Counted from the first letter of the whole stretch, positions 11,075-23,426 are shown. The stretch is 63,597 nucleotides of DNA, filler included, from Octopus bimaculoides (GCF_001194135.2; 8 parts of 8 records of this genome joined end to end with filler, not necessarily neighbours in it); one strand, 5' to 3'. Notes: generated from the sequence alone by a model not told the origin. A program made the numbers and translations.

Positions 11075-11610
11075 TTTTATCTTTTACTTGTTTCATTCAT
11101 TTTGTTGCAGCCATGCTGGAGCACCACCTTCAAAGGTTCTTTAATTGAATAAATTGACCCTAGTACTCTTTTTTTAAGCTTGGTACTTATTCTATCAGTC
11201 CCTTTTGCTGAACTGCTAGGTTATGGGGACATAAACACACCAACACTAGTTGTCAAATAATGATGGGGGAAAAAAGACACACACATACATAACACACACA
11301 CACACACACACACACATTTCTTTTATTCTTTTACTTGTTTCAGTCATTTGACTGCGGCCATGCTGGAGCACCACCTTTCGTCAAGCCCTCAGTCAAACCA
11401 ACCATCCAACCCATGCCAGCATGGAAAGTGGATATTAAACGACGACAACGACGATGATGATTATATGATGGGCTTCTTTCAGTTTCCATATACCAGATCC
11501 ACTCACAAGGCTTTTGGTTGGCCTGAGGCTAGAGCAGAAGACACTTGACGAAGGTGCCGTGTAGTGGGATGGAACCCGGAACCATATGGTTGGGAAGCAA
11601 GCTCACACAT
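11075..11610 (-). mobile_element. Fragmented SINE family A copies with a short RTE tail (+) embedded at ~11385-11460
   Basis: A-tail cttttacttgtttcagtcatttgactgcggccatgctggagcacc is joined to ctcagtcaaacc…aacccatgccagcatggaaagtggatattaaacgacgac, followed by the A 5' half. Confidence 0.75.
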
Positions 11611-12099
11611 GCAATAAAGTGACTGAATACTTGATGAAGCGAAGTGTGTAAAGTGAGTCTGTTTGATTAGTTTACAGAGTTAATCTGGTTTAGATCCTTG
11701 CAATCATGTTCACACTGTTTGCTGGTAATTGTGAACAGGATTGGCAATGACAGGAATTGGATTTACCTTGTAAACCCATAACATACACACAACACACACA
11801 CACAACACACACTCATATATACTTCTAACACACATACTATCACACACACACGTTTATATACACACACACATATATGAACACACACACATATATGAACACA
11901 CACACATCTATATATATATATATCCCCAAACACATACATACTTGCACATAGATATATATATATATATACACACACACACTCACAGACACACTCACTTGTA
12001 TATACTTCAACAAACATACCATCACACATACACGTTTATACATACACACAAATATATGGACATATATATATGTGTGTGTATACATATTATATATATATA

Positions 12100-12498
12100 T
12101 TCTTTTACTTGTTTCAGTCATTTGACTGTGGCCATGCTGGAGCACTGCCTTTAGTTGAACAAATTGAACCCAGGACTTATTCTTTGTAAGCCTAGTACTT
12201 ATTCTATTGGTCTCTTTTGCCAAACCGCTAGGTTACGGGGACGTAATCACACCAACATCAGTTGTCAAGCGATGCAAGGGGGGGGGGCAAACACAGACAC
12301 ACAAACATACATACACACACACACGCATATATATATACGACGGGCTTCTTTCAGTTTCCATCAACCAAATCCATTCACAAGGCTTTGGTCGACCCGAGGC
12401 TATAATAGAAGACACTTGTCCTAGATGCCACGCAGTGGGACTCAACCAGGAACCATGTGGTTGGTAAGCAAGCTTCTTACCCCAGAGCTACTCCTGCA
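12100..12498 (-). mobile_element. Full-length SINE family A (tRNA head + CCTTGGGCAAG CORE-like motif + internal TA/CA tract + (AAAAGAGT)-type tail)
   Basis: Matches the copies at 29299 and 41434 over ~400 bp. Confidence 0.9.
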
Positions 12499-12626
12499 CC
12501 TATATATGTATATATATGTTCATATATATGTGTGTGTGTATATATAAACGTGTGTGTGTGATGATATGTGAAGATATATATATATGCATGTATATATCCA
12601 TACACTCACACATACATGTACAAACA

Positions 12627-12657
<31 letters not shown>

Positions 12658-12758
12658 TCATGTATACTTCAACACATGTACCATCACACATAGACGTTTA
12701 TTTATACACACACATGTATGAATACATATATATATGTATGTGTGTATATATATCCACA

Positions 12759-13062
12759 GTGGAGGTGCAATGGCCCAGTGGTTAGGGCAGCAGACACGAG
12801 GTAGGAGGATCGCAGTTTCGATTCCCAGACCAGGCGCTGTGTGTGTTTATTGAGAGAAAACACCTAAAGCTCCACTAGGCTCCGACAGGGGGTGGGGGTG
12901 GCGGCCTCTGTTGTACTCTTTCGCCCCTAACTTTCTCTCACTCTTTCTTCCTGTTTCTTGAGTGATGGACTGGTGTCCCATCCAGCTGGGGGGAACACAT
13001 ATGCCATAGAAACTGGGAAACCGGGCCTGGCTAGGCTTGAAAAGGGTGCATAAATAATAAAA
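12759..13062 (+). mobile_element. Near full-length SINE family D
   Basis: tRNA-like head gtggaggtgcaatggcccagtggttagggcagc…gtttcgattccc; A-rich tail. Confidence 0.85.
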
Positions 13063-13239
13063 AATATATATCCACACACACATATATAAATGGATTTTTT
13101 GCAAATAACTTGCAGATGGAAGTACTACAAGTCTAATGCTACACATACCGAATGCTAGCAAGTTTATGGGATCATCCGGAGAGAACGCATACCATTTCAG
13201 GACCTTCCTCTTGATAGCATCATTGCACACTGGTTCCCC

Positions 13240-14003
13240 TCGCTGAAATGAGACCCTGCTTGCTAGATCAACTGTTTATTAGGCTTCACTCAGTATTTTT
13301 CTAGCCATTGCTCATTGTCTCTTTTTTAACCAGATCAAGTGGCTTGCCTTCTCCACTGTTGTCTAGATATCACTCATGGTTGTATTTGCTTTACGATGAG
13401 GTAGGCCTAGCTATAACAATAATCGCCTCACATTGTGTCCATCAAATCCTCTATGTCTGACTTTGATTGGAAACTGCTCCACTTTCCAGCCTGTGTCTTC
13501 ACATTCCTTGAGGAAGTTTTCATAACAGTTGATCTTTTGAATCTGTGCAGCATCCATGTTATCTTTATGAGGAACCATTAACTCAATTAGATTTACTGCT
13601 TTCTTTCACACCATATGATAATATCCAGTTTCTTTGTAACTAGAATGGGAAAGAATCCTTGGCATCCTGGTAAATCTGCAGCCTACACTCAATAGTTATT
13701 CCACTTATCATAGCACACAGGACGCTTCTTCTTCTTATCATATGGGAAGCACACAAGAAGCTTCTTCTTCTTCAAACAGATCTGCTGTCCTGAAAGCATG
13801 AAGTAAATGAAATCTCTGGTTGGTTTCTTTAGTGGCTTTTTTCCACTTTTGATGAAAGCAATTTGGTTCTTTATAGCATTAAAGATTACCTTATGGACCA
13901 GATTGTGTCTCCATGTATATCTATTTAATGTTAGTAAACAGTTGTAAAGAATGTATTTCAGTGTTCTCACTTTTCTGCATCTGCATTTATCATTCTCTGA
14001 CAC
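13240..14003 (-). pseudogene. Decayed REL-endonuclease non-LTR retrotransposon 3' region (Hero/NeSL-like)
   Basis: CCHC-like knuckle KCRCRKVRTLKYILYNC…RYTWRHN, then the REL motif …KLDIIIW…LIELMVP…YENFLKECEDTGWKVEQFPIKVRHRGF, with frameshifts. Confidence 0.8.
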
Positions 14004-14019
14004 ATTCTATCTTACTATC

Positions 14020-14450
14020 TCATCGTCATTGTTTAACATCTGTTTTCCATGCTGGCATGGGTTGGATGATTTCACTGGCGACCAGCAAGCCAGGAGGCTG
14101 CACCAAGCTCCAATCTGATCTGGCAGTGTTTTTACAGCCGGATGCCCCTCCTAATGCCAACCACTCTGAGAGTGTAGGGGGTGCTTTTTACGTACTACCG
14201 ATACAGGAACCAGTCAGGCAGCACTGGCATCGGCCACATTCAGATGGTGCTTTTTACACATGCTACTGGCACAAGAGCCAATCAGAGTGGGGGGCTGGCA
14301 TTGACCATGTTCGGATGGTGCTTTTTACATGCCACCGGCACGAGGAGCCAGTCAGACGGTACTGGCAATGACCTACGTAAGCATGGTGCTTATTGCGTGC
14401 CACCAGCATTGGAGTCTGTCAGGCAGCACTGGCATCAGCCACAACTACAA
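14020..14450 (-). mobile_element. RTE 3' UTR fragment (family C)
   Basis: catcgtcattgtttaacatctgttttccatgctggcatgggttgg is the reverse complement of the family C tail. Confidence 0.85.
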
Positions 14451-14491
14451 ATTTTCATTTGATTGTGAATTGATTTTGATTGTACTTGACT

Positions 14492-14536
<45 letters not shown>

Positions 14537-14812
14537 NNNNNNNNNNNNNNNNNNNNNNNNNNNNNNNNNNNNNNNNNNNNNNNNNNNNNNNNNNNNNNNN
14601 NNNNNNNNNNNNNNNNNNNNNNNNNNNNNNNNNNNNNNNNNNNNNNNNNNNNNNNNNNNNNNNNNNNNNNNNNNNNNNNNNNNNNNNNNNNNNNNNNNNN
14701 NNNNNNNNNNNNNNNNNNNNNNNNNNNNNNNNNNNNNNNNNNNNNNNNNAATATAGACTGCTCTATTTCTTAGAGTGTGCTTCTTCCCTGGATTTATGTG
14801 TTTCTAAAAACA

Positions 14813-14848
<36 letters not shown>

Positions 14849-14849
14849 T

Positions 14850-14997
14850 TGGCGTTAGGAAGGGCATCCAGCTGTAGAAACTCTGCCAAATCAGATTGGA
14901 ACCTGGTTTAGCCATCTGGTTCACCAGTCCTCAGTCAAATCGTCCAACCCATGTTAACTTGGAAAGCGGACGTTAAACGATGATGATGATGATGATG
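14850..14997 (+). mobile_element. RTE 3' tail (family C), 5'-truncated
   Basis: ggcgttaggaagggcatccagctgtagaaac…ggacgttaaacgatgatgat. Confidence 0.9.
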
Positions 14998-15316
14998 TAT
15001 GTATGTATGTATGTATGTATGTATGTGTATATGTGTGTGTATGTATGTATGTGTGTGTGTATATATATCTACTATATATTTGTGAAAAGAGCAGACATTG
15101 TCTCACAAGCAGTTGTGCAGGCAAAAGTGGAAGTAATTGTGCTCAGATTGAGCTGAAAATTTGCACACCTACGTTAAAAGTGGTGGCGAGTTTGCGTGGC
15201 AACTTTGAGTTTGCTCAAATGAAAGGCATGGCCTCTAGGGCAAAATTCCTCATCTTTAAAATGTGACCCAAGTAGACCCGAATGAAATTGGGTTATAATA
15301 CTAGTATATATATATA

Positions 15317-15544
15317 TTGGGTTGTCCGGAAAGTTTGTGTTGATTTATAGTAGCTTACCTTTCAACTTATTTGCCATGAAACCACTTCAGTTCTGGGAAG
15401 AGGGCATTTTCAAGTTAAAGGAAAGATGGAGAAGTATTGTGCAACAAAATGGTTCATATTTGGTTGATTAAAAATGTAATGGCAAGCATTTATTGGGCTT
15501 TTTCTTTCCTTTATTAATTGGCATGAACTTTCCAGACAACCCAA
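15317..15544 (+). mobile_element. Internally deleted mariner element (228 bp) retaining the transposase C-terminus
   Basis: TIRs TTGGGTTGTCCGGAAAGTTTGTG / CATGAACTTTCCAGACAACCCAA (20/23), TA on both sides; 15370-15471 encodes FAMKPLQFWEEGIFKLKERWRSIVQQNGSYLVD*. Confidence 0.9.
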
Positions 15545-15693
15545 TATTTTCCGCAATGTATAGTATTAAATATCCATCATGGTTGGTCTTACCAATTCGT
15601 TTCGCGTAAAAAATACATTGCAATTTTTCATGTGGAACCGATTGGTAAGACCAGCCATGATGGATAATTAATACTATACATTTCAGATAATAT
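15544..15693. repeat. Near-perfect long hairpin (inverted repeat)
   Basis: 15555-15596 pairs with 15641-15682 at 40/42 positions, with weaker pairing on both sides. Confidence 0.9.
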
Positions 15694-15977
15694 ATCCTCT
15701 CTACCGACAAATATACGAGTGCATCTTTTTCCCTGATTTACGGTCTCTTAGACAATTCGCATAAGTATATATATACCCATACATGTACACTCATACATGC
15801 ACAAACGCACACATACACACATGCACATGTATGTGTATATATATACATACACACACACACATTCATGCATATACATATATGGAAGACAATTTTATGTCTG
15901 TCAAATCTGTTTGAATTTGACAGGTGTATCAACACAAAACTCTGAACACTTGAGTCACTAATGTAGCTTGTTGACTA

Positions 15978-16200
15978 TTCTTTCCATTCTTTTACTTGTT
16001 TCAGTCATTTGGCTGTGGCCATGCTGGAGCATCACCTTTTTAGTCAAACAAATTGACCCCAGGACTTGTTCTTCGTAAGCCTAGTACTTATTCTATTGCT
16101 AACTTTTGCTGAACCGCTAAGTTACCGGGGATGTAAACACATCAACATCAGTTGTCAAGCTATGGTGGAGGGGGGGGGGGCAAACATATACATATACACA
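15978..16200 (-). mobile_element. SINE family A, 3' half
   Basis: A tail and body up to the internal microsatellite. Confidence 0.85.
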
Positions 16201-16239
16201 TCCACACATATATATACATATATACACAAAATTTACAAG

Positions 16240-16499
16240 GTTACAGCTGAGACAGTAGTTATGGAGCCATTGTAGATTTCCGATATAGCAGATATATAAT
16301 CATTAAAGAGGACAGCAATTATACATATATATACATATGTATACAAAGTATGGGGGTTTAGTTCACAGATCTAAACAATTAGGTAGGCTAGGTAAGTGCT
16401 GTAACAGATTACTGGGACTCCAAAGTTATAGCCGAGATGGTAGTTATGGAGCCATTGCAGATTTCTGATGCAGCGGATATATAATTGTTTAAACAGGAT
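16240..16499. repeat. ~75-bp direct repeat pair (16240-16312, 16425-16499)
   Basis: gttacagctgagacagtagttatggagccattgtagatttc vs gttatagccgagatggtagttatggagccattgcagatttc. Confidence 0.8.
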
Positions 16500-16699
16500 G
16501 TCAAACATTAATGCAAAGCAAACATCTCACCTAAGGACTCATGCTCTGGTTTCTATAACTTCGGAAAGTTGAACTATGAACTTTTATGCTTCTTTTTCTT
16601 TCTCTCTTTCTTTCTCCTTATTCTTTTACTCCCTGCCTCTATGTTATCATCTTATTGATATATACCATTTTCATTTTCCATATTTTTTTTTCCTTATTT

Positions 16700-16755
16700 G
16701 TCTCTGATGATGGAATATCCCATACTCAGGGATATCCCAGAAACAGCTGTAAGCC
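16700..16755 (+). ncRNA. Minimal type I hammerhead ribozyme motif
   Basis: GTCT-CTGATGA-[TGGAATATCCC atactca GGGATATCCCA]-GAA-AC AGCT GT-A-AGCC: intact core, 10/11-bp stem II, palindromic ACAGCTGT stem III, GUA site after 16751, stem I 3/4 bp. Confidence 0.75.
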
Positions 16756-16946
16756 TTTGAATTTCTTCCGATTATAATATTGTATATGACTTGAGATGTC
16801 TGCTTTGCCTTAATGTTTGATGTCCTGTTTAACAATTTTATATATANNNNNNNNNNNNNNNNNNNNNNNNNNNNNNNNNNNNNNNNNNNNTTAATTAATT
16901 AANNNNNNNNNNNNNNNNNNNNNNNNNNNNNNNNNNNNNNNNNNNN

Positions 16947-17305
16947 ACCACATGGTTCTGGGTTCAGTCCCACTGCATGACACCTTGGGCAAGTGTCTTC
17001 TACTATAGCCTCGAGCCGACCAAAGCCTTGTGAGTGGATTTGGTAGACAGAAACTGAAAGAAGCCCGTTGTATATATGTATATATATGTGTATGTATGTG
17101 TGTCTGTGTTTGTCCCCCCAACATCGCTTGACAACCGATGTTGGAGTGTTTACGTCCCTGTAACTTAGCGGTTCAGCAAAAGAGACCGATAGAATAAGTA
17201 CTAGGCTTCCAAAGAATAAGTCCTGGGGTTGATTTGCTCGACTAAAGGCGGTGCTCCAGCATGGCTGCTGTCAAACAACTGAAACAAGTAAAAGAGTAAA
17301 GAGAT
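16947..17305 (+). mobile_element. SINE family A (5' end lost in gap)
   Basis: Continuous match to the other A copies through to the aaaagagtaaaagag tail. Confidence 0.9.
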
Positions 17306-17327
17306 ATAATGTGAGTGTGTGTGTGTG

Positions 17328-17365
<38 letters not shown>

Positions 17366-18249
17366 TGTGTATAGTCATCATCATCATCATCATCATCCTT
17401 TAATGTCTGTTTTCCATGCTGGCATGGGTTAGACAGTTTTTATGTTTGTGTGTCTTTGTGTTTCTGCTTTTCCCTCACCACACAAATGATATAACTTAGG
17501 AATTTGGCAAAAAAGACTGATATGCAAAGTACCAAACTTTAAAAAGAAAAGTACTGAAAGTACTGTGTTTCACTCATTTGACTAAACTCTTCAAGGCAAT
17601 GTTCCAGCATGGCCACAGTTTGATGACTCAAACAAATAAAAGATAAAAGACTTAGGCCTGTATATTGGCCCATAATATGCTGGACATAACTTTGTGAGAT
17701 GAATAAAATACTAAAAAGTAAGAGAATGGAGCAGGCGACAGACCAATATTAGGCTGTCCACAATTGTTGTAAAGGAAAAGAAATAAGGACTGAGAAAGAT
17801 TAAAAGGAAATGATAATAATTAAAGATTGAAGTTGAAAATAAAATGATTGAATAATGATTTAGAGTGCTGTTTGAAATAATGTGAAAGAAAATGAGATTT
17901 AAGTTAAAAAGTGAGTGTGAATATACTAGTGATCAAGTACATTTAACAAATACATATAACATACACACATTTAAATACATATACACACACACATACATGC
18001 ATGCATGCATACATACATACAAGCACACATACAAACATGTATACATACAAACATATATACACACGTATACATACATGAATACATATATGAATATATATAT
18101 AAAACATATATGCATACATAAAAACATACATGCACACATGCATACATACATGAATACATATATACATACATATAAAACATACATACATACCAACCAACTA
18201 ACCAACCAACCAACCAACCAGCCAACCAACAAAACATGCCTGCTATACT

Positions 18250-18568
18250 TGTTTGAGACATAAAAGAAAAATTGCGTACAGTTATAGAGGTCAGCTGCCC
18301 TGCAGATGTGAACATTTCTGTCAAAATCAGTGAGAAAGAGAATATTTATAGACAACTGTATCAAAAGTTACATCTTGTCTTTGCAGATTATAAACTGAAA
18401 TTTGCACTTACAATTGTTGGTGCATCTGGTTACGTGACTAATGTCTAAGTTGTAATCACAAGAACTTGGAGTTTTTCAACAAAGTAGCCAGTCAGTATGC
18501 ACTAGTAAATACAATCTGTATGTGGAATAGCAAAAATATGCAAAACTTCTGTAAAAGTGAACATTTAA
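18250..18568 (+). pseudogene. REL-endonuclease LINE 3' fragment (R4-like family)
   Basis: EKLRTVIEVSCPADVNISVKISEKENIY…IVGA.GYVT; same family as 26410. Confidence 0.7.
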
Positions 18569-18708
18569 AAGTGATATTGTTGGTATCTAAATTCCAGCAA
18601 TGGTGCTTCATTTCTATGTTAGAAACCTGTTCCTTCTTTATAAGGAGATTGAAAAAACAAAAGCAGAAAAAAATGGCTAGTTAATGTTAATATAAGGCTG
18701 CCATCGTA

Positions 18709-18920
18709 GGGCAGTGAGCTGGCAGAATTGTTAACTTGCTTGGCAAAATGCTTACCGGCATTTCATCTGTCTTTACATTCGGAGTTCAAATTTTATCTGA
18801 CTTTTCCTTTCATCCTTTTGGAGTTGATGAAATAAATACTAGTTGAACACTGGGGTTGATGTAATCAACTTATCACCTCCCCTAAACTTGCTGGCCTTGT
18901 GACAAAATTTGAAACCAATA
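18709..18920 (+). mobile_element. SINE family B
   Basis: gggcagtgagctggcagaattgttaac…ggagttcaaatt…catccttttggagttgatgaaataaatactag. Confidence 0.8.
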
Positions 18921-19584
18921 TAAAGCTATCATCCACACTCCTGGTGAAAAGGTACAGGAGGGACAGACATTGAGTGCTATGCATTCTAACTGGTTCATAC
19001 ATGTGATGGCCACTAAGCCTGACAAGCTTGACATCCCCCCCCCCACTCCATCGGCAGTTCAGAAACTTGTTTGGAAATGGACACCTCAAACTGGAAGGTG
19101 TAGTCTTTTTTTTTTTTTTGTAGTTAACAGTTTATGAATATCTGGAGCTATGAAGCTAAAGCAGTTATATTAACATTCTCTCATGAGGAGGCCTTTGAAA
19201 CGATAATTTCAATAATATTGATGAACATATAAAATTTGAAGTGAAGTACCTCTATGACACTGGTTCCTTGTTTGTGCTTGACTATGAACTCAAAATCAGA
19301 GCATGGCTCCATCTCTGCTAAATTTTACAGGAAAGTAGCATACAGGGGCATATTTGTGTATTCAACCTGACCCATCAGAGGGTGTACATTATTAGAAATG
19401 AAATCTACAAGATATGCAGTATATGCAAGAATGGATTATTAATGAAATATGTTGGATAGAAAGCCTTGCTCTGTTTCTTCTGTATCTGTGATCTGAATTC
19501 AAATCCTGTTGAGATGAAACTTTGCCTTTCGTCTTTTCAGAGTTGATAAAAAAAAGTACTAATTCAATTTGGTAGATTGCCAGA

Positions 19585-19810
19585 AGTATAATAACCCTTT
19601 CTACTAAAGGCACAAGGTCTGAAATTTTGCATGGCGAGGACTAGTTGGTTACATCGATCCTAATATTTCATTGGTACTTAATCTATGAACACTGAAAGGA
19701 TGAAAGACAAAGTCGACCTTGGCTGAATTTGAACTCAGAATGTAGACAGACAAAATATCACCAAGTATTTCGTCCAGCATACTAACAATTCTGCCAGCTC
19801 ACTGCCTTTG
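19585..19810 (-). mobile_element. SINE family B (CpG-decayed)
   Basis: Full head-to-tail match with many CG>TG/CA changes relative to the copy at 4030-4208. Confidence 0.8.
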
Positions 19811-20879
19811 GCAGAACTATAATAATGCCAGACTAGATGTCTTGCAGTATTTGTTGCGGTTCTTTGTATTCTGAATTCAAATCTTGTCAGAGTCTATGTG
19901 GGAGATAGATTTAATCAGCCACCTAATTTAACACCACCACTTGGTACCTTGGGTAATTTTTGGTAGTGTCCACTCTGTTGCAAGCATTAGGGCCAGGTCT
20001 CTAGTGTGAGAACACTTTCTTCTCCACTCTCCTATTAATCTCAGAAGTTCTGTAAAGGGTCGTAAGCATGACCTTTCTTCCTGAGTAAAAGATAAAAGGA
20101 TTAAAAAACAAAAAACAGGATACGCTAAAAGATAAAAACAAAATTTTAGTCAGAAGAGAAAAGACTGCTATTTAGGACTTCCAAAACAGGTGAGAGGAAT
20201 GGAAAAAGTTATTCTTTGATTGGAGACTTGACCTGAATATAAATAACAGAGTGGACTCTGCTAAAAGCATTAAAGGATCGGGTGGTGTCATATAACTGGG
20301 TGACTGGTTAGATCCACCAGCCATGGTTATGTTGTTGTTTAACCCATGATCAGCTCTGATGTGGCAAACCTGTGACTAGAAGGCAATCTAGTCATGATTA
20401 TCCTGTTCTCTCTCTCTCTCTCTCTCTCGTTTTGGATACTGTGTATATAGGCTCACATTCTGCAATGTTTCCCTTTTTAAGATGAAGGATGTGGTTTTTA
20501 AGGAGTTTTAGTTTCTATATCTAACTGGTTGTTAAATATCTTTGATAATAAGGAATATTTTCGGGGCATTCCAATAGAAAGCTCAATTTTGCTACAGGAA
20601 AATGGGCCAGTGCTATACGTGGCTACCTATGACAAACAGAATTTAAGATATTCTTCAATAAGTAAAAAAAAATATTAACTCTATATTCTGTGTGTCTTTG
20701 TTTACTCTCAGATTTAAAATTTAGACTTCTAATTTCACTATTGATTAATCTAGAAGTGATTATCTCCCTTACAATAACTGCCATCAGGGCACACCACCTG
20801 TTCAAACAACAAAGAAATTTATGCCTTATTTTAGTGGTCAGTAGTGTTAGAAATATTGCATAAAGTTGCAGAGAAGGAG

Positions 20880-20949
<70 letters not shown>

Positions 20950-21161
20950 GATAAACTATCTGCAAAACAATAGCTTTTGTATGATATGTATAAATTCTCA
21001 ATTTATATCCATTGTCATGGATATACTGGACTATGTAACAAAAGATTTATTCAGAAATCTCAAACTGCTGATGTCTCCTGAAAAGAAGACAAAAGGGGAA
21101 ATAGCTAATTCATATCCTCCTTATCAAATCAATCAGAGCTTAATAATGAAGTTTGCACAAA

Positions 21162-21208
<47 letters not shown>

Positions 21209-22499
21209 AAATAGAGAAAGAGAGACATTGAGTACTGCAGGATCTGACCCTACCTTACTAAGATTAAGTACCAACCATTGCTTTGGACAACAGTCTGATA
21301 TCTTATCAAGTCAACCAAAAGTAACTCCAGTGTGTGGTGGACAATGGTGAGTCCAGAAAGGAAATTAAGTTACAGCTAGGTGGTCAACAAATCTATGTCT
21401 TCTACTATAAAGAGTTCAATACAGGATGCCGTGAGAGCTTCTTTTTCACAATCAACATTTCCTCATTTCAGAGTTTAAGCAAAGAGTTTTTGTTAGCAAG
21501 AGTCGATTTGAAATTATAAAACATGAAAAGGAAGACAACCCAAATTAAAGAACTAGTTACCTACTTCAGTCACAGAACTTCTGTCAGCCAATGAATATTA
21601 GTGTGTTGTCTTGTAGTTTCTATGTCAGATTGACAATGGGGTTAGATATTTAAATGTACTGCTTTATTCTACTTCCTTCCAACATTGCTTTAATTAACAG
21701 CATGAGCAGCCATGAATTGAATAGAATGGACTATTTTAGATGGATTTCTGGAAGAAGTAGATTAAATTCTCTCATCTTTGGAACATGATCACTACATTTA
21801 GAGGTGTTGTGTAATTAATAACTGTCCCATTAGTTTATACTGCTGGCTTCAAATTCTTTTATGGACAAAAACTATCCTAAAGAGTGTACAGTCATCCATA
21901 TGGTTACTCAATTTGCTGGATATATCAACCAAATCTGCCTCAACTATACTCTATTTTCTTGAAGATTGTAGAAATAGCCATTTGTTACTCCTTCCTTCAA
22001 GGAAAGGGGAAGTAAATAATATTGTCTTAAATATACTCTACCTGAAACGAGGATAGGATGATCATGGTTGGAATGTCTTTGATCATGAGTGTTATAAGTC
22101 AGAGATAACCTGGTGTTAAACAACATCAATAAATGAGGTGAAATATGATTACCACCACCACCACCACCACCACCTGCTTCTTGGGTACCTTTAGCAGGGT
22201 TCTCTGCTGCAAGTATTTGGATAAGCTCTCCTATTCAATGATAAGGTCTTCCTTTTTTCCCCACCAATCTCAGACTCCGAAAAAAAAATAGGTGGTATCA
22301 TGAATATTAACCTTCCTCACTGACTAAATTGTTAAAAACAAAATACTACGAAGTCTGGATTATGTTCCAGTACAATTTGCCTTCTTAGGCTACAAACTCA
22401 TAGAAAGTGAGTTCAAATCTGCAGTAAGTAGTGGTGCTTCATTGTGCTTCTGTGAACAGCCATTATTAAAAATGATCCCAGTTTATCAAGGCAAGTTAT

Positions 22500-22700
22500 T
22501 GTTGTGTAGTTGGTCTTGTTGTTTAGATCCAGATCAGCCCTGACTGAGCAGACCCTATAATTAAAAGTGTTCTAGTGGTGACCATTCTGTCCTTTTTTTT
22601 TCCTATATATCTGGGGCTACCTCGTGCAATGTATCATGCCTTTTTTTAAATGGCAGGATGTGATCTGAGGGAAATGTGACTCTATTTCTAGCAAGTTGAA
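22500..22700 (+). mobile_element. Family E repeat, longer copy
   Basis: ttgttgtttagatccagatcagccctgactgagcagacc…gagggaaatgtgactctatttctagc; related pieces at 20330, 22035(-), 27430(-) and 30630(-). Confidence 0.5.
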
Positions 22701-22829
22701 CCACCCCATAAGAAGTAATTCTAAATTTTTTAGGCTTCATGGTCCACAGGAGATCAAACAAAACATTCCTGATTTGCTTCTCATGAAAAGTTTAAAAAAA
22801 TTTAGGTTTTATATAGATTTCAAATTTTG

Positions 22830-23135
22830 GCATAAGACCATCAATATTGAGGGGAAAGGGCAAGTTGATTACATTGACACCAGTACTCAACTGGTACTTA
22901 TCTTATTGACTTTGAAAGGATGAAAGGCAAAGTCATCCTTGTCAAAATTCCAACTAAAAATGTAAAGAAAGATGGAATGAAAGACTTCTTTCAGTTTTCA
23001 TGTACCAAATCCACTCAAAAGGCTTTGGTTGGTCCAAGACTATAGTAGACATTTGCTCAAGGTGCCATGCAGTGGACCGAACCTGGAACTATATGGTTGG
23101 GAAGCAAACTTCTTATCACACAGCCACACCTGCAC
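22830..23135 (-). mobile_element. Adjacent SINE B fragment (22830-22975) and SINE A 5' half (22980-23135)
   Basis: Match to the family B and A sequences elsewhere in the window. Confidence 0.75.
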
Positions 23136-23206
23136 CTGTGTGTGGTGGAAAAAGCAAAAACAAAGACTAAACCTATTTAAATTAAATTCAATCAACTATT
23201 GCTCAC

Positions 23207-23426
23207 CAACATCACAGAGAATCTTAGTCTTAACTCTGTGTTCATTGAATCACAAGAAATGAATGAACACATTTCTTTGTTGAGTTTTAAATATTCAAGC
23301 AATTCTTTTTTAGTTTCCAAAGCAGCTGTTTTCTTATGCTTCAATGTCATTTTTGTATAATGGCAATCACTCCACCATATATTAAGAGCAGTGTCTATTT
23401 TCTTGTGAAGTAGAGTCAAGTTTTCG
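23207..23426 (-). CDS. Candidate internal exon (ENLTLLHKKIDTALNIWWSDCHYTKMTLKHKKTAALETKKELLEYLKLNKEMCSFISCDSMNTELRLRFSVML)
   Basis: Open 220-nt frame in unique sequence bounded by cacctAG and GTGAGC; no homologue recognised. Confidence 0.25.
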
